A DNA stretch of 36,765 bases from a virus: the IMG/VR virus record IMGVR_UViG_3300027796_000023; one strand, 5' to 3'. The notes under the pieces were generated by a model that worked only from the letters and a program-made list of their open reading frames with translations, was not told the origin of the DNA and did not search any database. Shown piece by piece: positions 24,009-30,251 of the stretch. The stretch's first letter is position 1; every line of letters starts with the position of its first letter. The position numbers and the translations under genes are program-made.

Positions 24009-24413
24009 ATGCAAGATATCAACAACTGGACAGGAACGGGGCGCCTCACTCGAGACGCCGAACTAAAGTATACCAGCGGAGGAATGGCCGTCGCGAAATT
24101 CTCGATCGCCGTGAATCGCAGCGTTAAAAAGGGCGACGCATACGAGGAAACAGCGTCGTTTTTCGACTGCATTTTATGGGGAAAATTCGCCGAGGCAATG
24201 AATCAACACCTTACAAAAGGAAAACAGGTTATGATTTCCGGAGAGCTAAACCAAACCCGTTGGGAACAGGACGGGCAGGCTCGGAGCCGCGTCGAAATAA
24301 CCATTGATCGCCTTATGCTCGGAGGATCACCGCAGGCAAACGGATACCATGCGGGACAAACGGACGCATCAGCGGGTGTTCCTGGTGCAATAGACGAGGA
24401 TATTCCGTACTAA
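24009..24413 (+). CDS. ssb: Single-stranded DNA-binding protein (134 aa)
   Basis: The OB-fold pattern is NNWTGTGRLTRDAELKYTSGGMAVAKFSIAVNR...FFDCILWGKFAE. The acidic C-terminal tip is DEDIPY. Confidence 0.9.
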   Translation: MQDINNWTGTGRLTRDAELKYTSGGMAVAKFSIAVNRSVKKGDAYEETASFFDCILWGKFAEAMNQHLTKGKQVMISGELNQTRWEQDGQARSRVEITIDRLMLGGSPQANGYHAGQTDASAGVPGAIDEDIPY

Positions 24414-24414
24414 T

Positions 24415-24642
24415 ATGAAACGCGCGCGCGAAAAAGTAAACGAATGGGCCGACCTCGCATACGAACGCCGGCTCGGGTCTCACGCTGCGCAATTCTGGAC
24501 GATCCGCGATATCCTCGAGGGGAAACTCGCCGTCGATCCGGGGCGCGCTGCGATCGCCGTTCAATTTATACGGGAAAAATGCAAGGAGTCCGAGGATCGA
24601 GCTCACCTGCTAGCGATCCTCGAGGGAATGGGGTACAAATGA
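24415..24642 (+). CDS. Hypothetical protein (75 aa)
   Basis: A tightly packed ORF in the early operon. Confidence 0.5.
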   Translation: MKRAREKVNEWADLAYERRLGSHAAQFWTIRDILEGKLAVDPGRAAIAVQFIREKCKESEDRAHLLAILEGMGYK

Positions 24643-24815
24643 CGACCGATCAGATAATCAAGGAACTCGACGAAATCGCAATGCGGAATCCTACGGAACG
24701 CGACGTCGTCGAGCAACTAAAAACCGAAGCGCGAGACCGAAACATTAGAACGATCGCCGTCGAGGGCTCACTTCACGAAGCAATTAAGATAATCGAAACG
24801 AGGAGAAAATCATGA
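24639..24815 (+). CDS. Hypothetical protein (58 aa)
   Basis: ATGA coupling at both ends. Translation begins MTTDQIIKELDEIAMRNPTERDVVEQLK. Confidence 0.5.
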   Translation: MTTDQIIKELDEIAMRNPTERDVVEQLKTEARDRNIRTIAVEGSLHEAIKIIETRRKS

Positions 24816-25060
24816 ATATGTTTTTTCTTGGGTTTATTTTGGGAATTGTTTCTTTCGGGATCGCGGGAATATTTTGCAGCTTGCCGAAAATAGGCCGACG
24901 CGATGCTCCGCAACTATGGGACGTCGTCGCGCTGGTACAATCCGACGGGAAATGGAACGTCGTAAAATGGTTGGGCGATAAAGGCGAACCAGGTCGGCGC
25001 GTCGTTCTCATGCGTCGCGAATCCGTTTCAGCCATAATCGAGGAAACGAAACCATGCTGA
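24812..25060 (+). CDS. Small membrane protein (82 aa)
   Basis: The N-terminal TM helix is FFLGFILGIVSFGIAGIFCSL. Confidence 0.55.
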   Translation: MNMFFLGFILGIVSFGIAGIFCSLPKIGRRDAPQLWDVVALVQSDGKWNVVKWLGDKGEPGRRVVLMRRESVSAIIEETKPC

Positions 25061-25659
25061 TAACGCTCCCGCGCGCTCTCGATCCTGACGCCTATTATTC
25101 ACAAACGAACAACGTCGTCGAGACAATCCTCGCGAAATGCAAGGCAGACCGGAAACTCGAAACCTGCGGTCCGACAGCCGCTACGATCATCGTCGACGCG
25201 CTCGGGAAGCTCCTCCCGATCGTCGCTCCTGGCGGGTGGAAACCACAGCCGGAGGACGTACTCGCCGCATGGTTTAATGATCCGCGAAATTATGACGCCA
25301 TGCGGCGCGCTCGCGACGGGATCGATCCGGCGTCGATTATGGGGAACGAGGTGCCGCAATGGTATCCGCCTGCGCTGGCGGCCGTTTTCGGGGTCCGCTC
25401 GACGTTCGCCTGGGGATTTTCGTTCGACCTGGTCCGCGAGGAGATAGAACGAGGGCTCGGAGTCCTCGCGACGATAAAGAATCCGGGACATTATATCGCG
25501 ATTGTCGGTGTCGACATTGATCGCCGGGAACTATTGTACCATGATCCATGGCCGGGCGATCCATGGCCGGGACGATATAAAGGATTTGGCGGGCAATGCC
25601 GTAGACTTTACGAGCTCGAGCTCGTAAATATACAGCCGTACCGGGTCGAAATAGGATAA
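25054..25659 (+). CDS. Putative papain-like cysteine peptidase (C39-like fold, 201 aa)
   Basis: The candidate Cys is in ETCGPTAATIIVDA and the candidate His in NPGHYIAIVGVD, followed by YHDPW. It is the last backbone-composition gene before the island. Confidence 0.45.
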   Translation: MLITLPRALDPDAYYSQTNNVVETILAKCKADRKLETCGPTAATIIVDALGKLLPIVAPGGWKPQPEDVLAAWFNDPRNYDAMRRARDGIDPASIMGNEVPQWYPPALAAVFGVRSTFAWGFSFDLVREEIERGLGVLATIKNPGHYIAIVGVDIDRRELLYHDPWPGDPWPGRYKGFGGQCRRLYELELVNIQPYRVEIG

Positions 25660-25670
25660 TAGGGGTTTAT

Positions 25671-25721
25671 ACTGAACATTGCATAATGGATTTATGCTGT
25701 TCAGTCTAATTTATGTTAGGC
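25671..25721 (+). repeat. Hairpin plus GTTAGGC core-site-like heptamer at the left edge of the low-GC island
   Basis: ACTGAACA (25671-25678) pairs with TGTTCAGT (25698-25705). An inner GCATAA/TTATGC stem and a TT bulge are present. GTTAGGC (GTTRRRY) lies at 25715-25721. Confidence 0.4.
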
Positions 25722-25751
25722 CGACGCCTTCGGCGCCAATAAGGAGAAAAA

Positions 25752-27941
25752 ATGAATATCGATGATAGAAGCCATTTAATAATTCCAATTGAAAGTATAA
25801 AAAAACAGGAATATGAGAAATCTGGTTTTGGTGAAGTTTTTAATAGACAAAATATTCCTGAACATAGTCAGAAGCTGAAAAGAAATTTTTCTGCTATTAC
25901 TTCTCGATTACAGCAAAGTAAAGATTTTGAATATATTGACACCTTAACAGTTTCAATTGTTACTCCTAAAGAATGGGATGCAAAAAAAGAAAAGGGACAT
26001 CTCAATGACCTTGGATTCACAATACTGGATTATAGTCGGAAATATCCAAATATCGTGACCGTCTCCATTCCTAAAAACAAATGGCCTGAAGTAGAAAAGA
26101 AAATTAGTCTATATGCAGAAAAAGGTGGGGTCGGAAAAACAAACTTACAGGCAATCAATGGCTTTATTCCTCGATTAGCAAGTGATTCACTTAATATTAC
26201 TACAGATGAAAGTGATAAATTAATAGATGTGAATATTACTTTTTTTAGTATACTTACTAAAAAAGAAGTAATAAATATAAGTGAACACTTGATTACTGAA
26301 CTTAAAAAAAATAATAGGTCTGTTAAGGTTATCCAATTATCAGATGATGATGTTATTGTTTCTTGTTCAGCATCGATTAATGAATTAAAAGGTATTGTAA
26401 AAGACTATATATCTGTAAAATCAATTGTGAATGATGATATTGTATTTATTGAGAAAGCATCAATCCGGACTAATTCTCATAAAACTGTTTTGGTTTCGAG
26501 GCCATTAACAAATCAAATCATTGCTGTCATTGATGATGGTATTTCTCCGCGTGAGGATTTAGCACCTCTAGTTACAGAGCGATTGTCTCCACAGGTTGCA
26601 AATGCAGTTACTGTTCCAGCAATACATGGAACGTATGTTGCAAGTAGATGCGTATTCGGAGATCTAGACCTTGATTCATTAGGTTCTGAAGTCGAACCTT
26701 GCTGTTGGCTTGATGATATTCCCGTTTTCGGTATAGATAGTTCAGGTAATAAATTAAGTCCAAGAGAATCAGATTTAATAAATGCAATTGATGCTTTTGT
26801 GAGCAAAAACTATAAAACAGTTAAGATTTACAATTTATCATTAGGATTTGGCGCCCCACTGATTTATCAAAAGTTTTCAGAGACCGCAAAGCGTTTGGAC
26901 CTGTTAAGTAAAAAATATGACGTTTTATTTGTTATTGCATCTGGAAATAATAATTCTTTATTAGGCCTCTTCCCTGAAGATCATTTCAAAAATCCATATG
27001 CAAGCATATCATCACCTTCTGAATCATTAACTTGTTTATCTGTTGGCTCAATTGCAAAAAAAGAATCAGCAATTTCAATGTCAAAGTATAATGAAATATC
27101 TCCTTTCTCAAAAATCGGACCTGGACTATTCGGTAGTATTAAACCAGATCTTGTTGCGCATGGCGGGAATCTAGTAAATGGATATAAACCTGATGCTGAT
27201 ATCTCAACGTGTGGATTTTCTGTAGCTAATGGATTAATTGAAAATGATATTGGTACGAGCTTTTCGGCCCCAATCGTCTCAAATATTGCTGCTCAATTAT
27301 TTGACTACTATCCAATGTATGGATCAAACATGATACGGGCATTGCTTATCCATGGTGCAGAGGAACGCATTTTTCCACAAAAACTGAATATTGAATCTCA
27401 TCTAGGTTGTGGCTATGGTGAACCAGATTTGCAAAAATGTTTGCAAAGCGATAACTTTTCTTGTGTGTTTCTAACTGAAGGAGAGCTGGATACTAGTAAT
27501 TATGATCTTGTGCCATTTTATATTCCTAAAATACTTGCAGATGGAAAACAGTCACTACGTATAAAAATAACAATAACGTTTAATCCAGAAGTAAATAAAA
27601 ATAATGATGAAGAGTATTCATGTTCAAGAATATCAAGTAACTTACAACGGCTTAAAGATAATTGTCTTACAAAAAAAAATCCTGAAGAAATAAATCTATC
27701 AGCACCATATAGCACAGTGATTAGGTATAGTTGCTCAATGAAACGCAATATTGAGCCCGGAGAATGGGCAGTAAAATTACGTTTATACTCACGTAATGTT
27801 GATCAAGCAATCTATAAACAGAAATATGCTTTGGTTATTGAGATACGCGATGAACTTAGTAAAATAGATTTGCGAGAACAAGTTATCAACGAAACAGGTG
27901 AAATGTATATCAAAAAGCTGAAAGAAAGAAAAATGGCCTAA
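25752..27941 (+). CDS. Subtilisin-like (S8) serine peptidase with unknown about 250-aa N-terminal and about 170-aa C-terminal regions; no signal peptide (729 aa)
   Basis: The catalytic triad is in D-H-S order: IAVIDDGIS (about 26520), HGTYVAS (about 26625) and GTSFSAPIV (about 27255). The SD is AAGGAG. GC is very low. Confidence 0.85.
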   Translation: MNIDDRSHLIIPIESIKKQEYEKSGFGEVFNRQNIPEHSQKLKRNFSAITSRLQQSKDFEYIDTLTVSIVTPKEWDAKKEKGHLNDLGFTILDYSRKYPNIVTVSIPKNKWPEVEKKISLYAEKGGVGKTNLQAINGFIPRLASDSLNITTDESDKLIDVNITFFSILTKKEVINISEHLITELKKNNRSVKVIQLSDDDVIVSCSASINELKGIVKDYISVKSIVNDDIVFIEKASIRTNSHKTVLVSRPLTNQIIAVIDDGISPREDLAPLVTERLSPQVANAVTVPAIHGTYVASRCVFGDLDLDSLGSEVEPCCWLDDIPVFGIDSSGNKLSPRESDLINAIDAFVSKNYKTVKIYNLSLGFGAPLIYQKFSETAKRLDLLSKKYDVLFVIASGNNNSLLGLFPEDHFKNPYASISSPSESLTCLSVGSIAKKESAISMSKYNEISPFSKIGPGLFGSIKPDLVAHGGNLVNGYKPDADISTCGFSVANGLIENDIGTSFSAPIVSNIAAQLFDYYPMYGSNMIRALLIHGAEERIFPQKLNIESHLGCGYGEPDLQKCLQSDNFSCVFLTEGELDTSNYDLVPFYIPKILADGKQSLRIKITITFNPEVNKNNDEEYSCSRISSNLQRLKDNCLTKKNPEEINLSAPYSTVIRYSCSMKRNIEPGEWAVKLRLYSRNVDQAIYKQKYALVIEIRDELSKIDLREQVINETGEMYIKKLKERKMA

Positions 27942-28048
27942 CAACTGCTTCAACCTGACTCGGCTATGTCACGATTCTTGCTAGTCGTCGCTACGCTCCT
28001 CGGCAAGAATCGCGCCATTACGCCTCGCAGGTTAAGCAAATGTTATAC
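27936..28048 (+). repeat. attC-like site 1 (113 bp)
   Basis: R''-like GCCTAAC contains the protease TAA, and R'-like GTTATAC lies at 28042-28048. The arms pair TGCTT[C]AACCTG[A]C with GCAGGTTAAGCA. The central stem is CGATTCTTGC/GCAAGAATCG. Confidence 0.5.
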
Positions 28049-28059
28049 GGACGGCAAAA

Positions 28060-28077
28060 GGCATAACAAGTTATGCC
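28060..28077. repeat. 18-bp perfect palindrome GGCATAACAAGTTATGCC
   Basis: It lies 12 nt after attC-like site 1 and 22 nt before the next ORF. A near-identical copy is at 28433-28450. Confidence 0.8.
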
Positions 28078-28099
28078 TACAAGCCGCAAAGGAGAAAAG

Positions 28100-28366
28100 A
28101 TGAATATATTCGAGTTTGCGGACATTATCGATAAAAGCATTGTTATTACTCGGTACGCAAATCAAGACGGACGATTCTCTGCATCGTTTGATTACTGCGA
28201 AACAAAACAAGGTGCATGCCTTTGCGGCGAATATGGAAACGGAAAAACTCCGCAAGAAGCATTAAACAACTATAAAAACAAGATAATCGGGAAGACTCTT
28301 GTTTTTAATGCAATGAGCGATGATTATCGGCAAGAATACGTCGCTCCGAAAATGGAAGACGTATAA
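28100..28366 (+). CDS. Cassette ORF 2, hypothetical (88 aa)
   Basis: The SD AAGGAG lies 6 nt upstream. Translation begins MNIFEFADIIDKSIVITRYANQDGRF. The ORF-track start at 28073 lies inside the palindrome. Confidence 0.55.
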   Translation: MNIFEFADIIDKSIVITRYANQDGRFSASFDYCETKQGACLCGEYGNGKTPQEALNNYKNKIIGKTLVFNAMSDDYRQEYVAPKMEDV

Positions 28367-28420
28367 CAACGAGTTCGACCTGACAACTTAGTAAAGTTGC
28401 AGGTCAACTCAATGTTGGAT
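28361..28420 (+). repeat. attC-like site 2 (60 bp)
   Basis: GTATAAC contains the ORF stop. The arms pair GAGTT[C]GACCTG[A]CAACTT, loop agta, AAGTTGCAGGTCAACTC. R' is GTTGGAT, a perfect GTTRRRY, at 28414-28420. Confidence 0.55.
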
Positions 28421-28432
28421 GGATTCTTTAGC

Positions 28433-28450
28433 GGTATAACAAGTTATACC
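28433..28450. repeat. 18-bp perfect palindrome GGTATAACAAGTTATACC
   Basis: It lies 12 nt after attC-like site 2 and 27 nt before the next ORF. 16 of 18 nt match 28060-28077. Confidence 0.8.
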
Positions 28451-28477
28451 GACACGAACTAAACCGGAGGAAGTAAT

Positions 28478-28633
28478 ATGCGAAAGAAGCCTATTGATGC
28501 CAATGAATACGATTTCGATATGTTTGAAAATTGGTTAGATGAAAACGGCGTTGGAGAACTGTTTGACGATTGGTCGCAATGGTGGGAATGTTGGAAAACC
28601 GCCTATCATTGGGGACAAGAAAATGGCATCTAA
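28478..28633 (+). CDS. Cassette ORF 3, hypothetical acidic Trp-rich peptide (51 aa)
   Basis: The SD is GGAGG. Translation is MRKKPIDANEYDFDMFENWLDENGVGELFDDWSQWWECWKTAYHWGQENGI. Confidence 0.45.
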   Translation: MRKKPIDANEYDFDMFENWLDENGVGELFDDWSQWWECWKTAYHWGQENGI

Positions 28634-28660
28634 CAACTGATTCCACCTGACTCAATGCAG
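28628..28660 (+). repeat. Truncated attC-like half-site (R''/L'' arm only)
   Basis: ATCTAAC is a perfect RYYYAAC and contains the ORF stop. It is followed by AACTGATTCCACCTGACTC, so TAACAACTGATTCCACCTGACTC matches attC-like site 1 at 21 of 23 nt. No complementary 3' arm was found downstream. Confidence 0.45.
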
Positions 28661-28686
28661 AAGGCCGTCGTTTATGCGACGTCCTT
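28661..28686. terminator. Hairpin between the island and the minus-strand regulator (possible bidirectional terminator)
   Basis: AAGGCCGTCG / CGACGTCCTT forms a 10-bp stem with one mismatch and a 6-nt loop. No clear U-run follows on either strand. Confidence 0.3.
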
Positions 28687-28690
28687 TCTA

Positions 28691-28900
28691 TTAAAAAAAC
28701 TGTTCTACTTTCTCAATAAGTCCGTCGCGCGCGAGTTTTTCTCGGACCGCCTCGCGGATATACTCGCACCGATTACACGGAATAATATCTTTCCATGTAT
28801 CCGGAACACGAATCGGAATAACGTACTTTTTTCCATAAACCGTTGGTCGGCCTGCTCCCTTACGCACTCCGCCATGATCGGATAATCGTTTTTTTTCCAT
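28691..28900 (-). CDS. Ribbon-helix-helix (CopG/MetJ-like) regulator, the only minus-strand gene (69 aa)
   Basis: The N-terminus carries GGVRKGAGRP. The RHH-like part is KKYVIPIRVPDTWKDII...CEYIREAVREKLARDG. The gene is divergent from the operator-rich region. Confidence 0.6.
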   Translation of the reverse strand: MEKKRLSDHGGVRKGAGRPTVYGKKYVIPIRVPDTWKDIIPCNRCEYIREAVREKLARDGLIEKVEQFF

Positions 28901-28992
28901 GTTTCATACCTATTTTGTCGGGAGCTGATCCCAACATTCCCGGATTATTCTTGAAATAAACATACACCAACCATGTAACATAATCAATTAGT

Positions 28993-29086
28993 TTATACAA
29001 CAATCAAGTTTTGCAAAACCGACAAACTTGATTTATGTTATACAACAATCAAGTGGTAGTTTTTATGAAACTTGATTATTGTATAA
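28993..29086. promoter_or_regulatory. Operator array: four copies of a 17-bp site TTATACAACAATCAAGT in alternating orientation
   Basis: The + copies at 28993-29009 and 29038-29054 are identical. The - copies are at 29026-29042 (diverged outside the AATCAAGT half) and 29070-29086 (1 mismatch). They form two large palindromes. Confidence 0.6.
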
Positions 29087-29110
29087 AAAGAATATCACTG
29101 ATAGCTATTC

Positions 29111-29416
29111 TGTTGCGCTGGAAAAATATGCGCAACAACAGCGCAACAGAACACGACACACGAACACGAATAGCTAATTCCTTATTATATATATATTTCT
29201 TTTAAATAATATATATAAAAAAGTAGGCCTGTTGCGCTGTTGCGCTTGTTGCGCAGAATTCAGTCCTCACGCGGAGTAAAAAAAATTGATTGCAATATAA
29301 TAATCAAACTATGTATATGGTGAAAGTAAGCGCAACAAGCGCAACAGCGTTACATCGTTATCCTGTAAGGAATTAGGGTGCAACAGTAGCGCAACAAGGC
29401 GCAACAAGGCGCAACA
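29111..29416. repeat. Iteron field: 11 perfect + 1 degenerate GCGCAACA 8-mers in oriented clusters around an AT-rich palindrome
   Basis: The - copies start at 29111, 29230, 29238 and 29247. The + copies start at 29130, 29141, 29330, 29339, (29378), 29389, 29399 and 29409. The AT-only palindromic stretch is 29181-29222. An ATAGCTATTC/GAATAGCTA inverted repeat lies at 29101 and 29168. Confidence 0.85.
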
Positions 29417-29541
29417 GACCAGCACACAAAGCGACGTAAATCTATACACTGTATGAAATTAAGGTACTGTCTAGCCGATAAAATCGCTCACGGGTACTGC
29501 AAGGCGCCGAGAATACCTACTTTCTCCATTTTCGGGGTCAG

Positions 29542-29570
29542 TTTACAATTTTACAAATAAGGGATAAAAT
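29542..29570 (+). promoter_or_regulatory. Candidate promoter (TTTACA-17 nt-TAAAAT) abutting the terS start
   Basis: The -10 ends 6 nt before the terS ATG (29577), and no SD precedes terS. Confidence 0.35.
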
Positions 29571-29576
29571 ATATAA

Positions 29577-30251
29577 ATGATTGTAAACCTCACGACCTTC
29601 GCTGACCTGGCCGGAGTCGGAAAGCCTTGCGTAACTTTGTCAGTACAACGGGGAAAGCTCGTCACGAACTCCGCCGGGTTTATTGACACGACCGATCCGA
29701 TAAACTCCGCATACCTGCAAAAGCGAAAAAATAAGCTCGAGGGCAAAAAAACACCAAATGATAAAAAAGCGCCGGAGCAGCGAATGGCGACGAAGGACAA
29801 GCCGTGCAAAACGAAACCGTTAAAAAAGACAGCGACTCCGAAACCTGCAAAAAAGGCGACGACGAAGCTCGAGCACCTGGACGGCGTCGAAATGTCGATA
29901 CCGGACACAGACCTCGACGATGACGGAGAAAAGATCGACGAACCGCTCGATCAGCTCGACAAGCTCGCGGCCGACGTCCGCTTGAAAAATGCGCAGGCTA
30001 AACGGCACGAATTGAAATTCGAACAGGATAAAGGAAACGTCGTCAAGGTCGAGATAGTCGAGCGCATGGCGTCGAAAATAAACAACGAAATAAAAACGAG
30101 ACTGCAAGACTTACCGCGGCGAGTTACTCCGCGGATTATGGCCATGGCTCGATCAGTGTCCGATGATAAAGAAGTACAGCTTGCGCTCGAGCGTGAAATA
30201 GACGACAGCCTCGAGGCGATATCCGTCGCGCTGGGGGCTTCTCTTGTCTGA
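29577..30251 (+). CDS. terS: Terminase small subunit, lambda Nu1-like (224 aa)
   Basis: The N-terminal wHTH (MIVNLTTFADLAGVGKPCVTLSVQRGKL) is comparable to Nu1 (MEVNKKQLADIFGASIRTIQNW). The C-terminus is NAQAKRHELKFEQDKGNVVKVEIVERMASKI. It is followed by a gpA-type TerL. Confidence 0.75.
   Translation: MIVNLTTFADLAGVGKPCVTLSVQRGKLVTNSAGFIDTTDPINSAYLQKRKNKLEGKKTPNDKKAPEQRMATKDKPCKTKPLKKTATPKPAKKATTKLEHLDGVEMSIPDTDLDDDGEKIDEPLDQLDKLAADVRLKNAQAKRHELKFEQDKGNVVKVEIVERMASKINNEIKTRLQDLPRRVTPRIMAMARSVSDDKEVQLALEREIDDSLEAISVALGASLV

Larger units (their letters stand above)
25715..28660 (+). mobile_element. Candidate integron-type gene-cassette array (3 cassettes, no intI in window)
   Basis: The segment is low-GC. 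Each of its three ORFs stops inside an RYYYAAC heptamer that opens an attC-like imperfect palindrome. The left edge is GTTAGGC and the right edge is a truncated half-site. Confidence 0.5.

Noticed and set aside
25655-25721. Treating the left-edge hairpin as a complete fourth attC site
   Set aside because: Only the inner 8+6 bp stem pairs well. The putative R'' (GGATAAT) lacks AAC and the outer arms do not pair. It may simply be the early-operon terminator that happens to precede a GTTAGGC heptamer.
28655-28885. Plus-strand 76-aa ORF opposite the RHH gene
   Set aside because: Its translation is low-complexity with no SD. The minus-strand frame gives a recognisable GAGRP + ribbon-helix-helix pattern and faces the operator array.
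29111-29416. CRISPR array interpretation of the GCGCAACA repeats
   Set aside because: The repeats are only 8 bp, occur in both orientations with 0-3 bp 'spacers' inside clusters, and have no cas genes nearby. They fit iterons or protein-binding sites instead.
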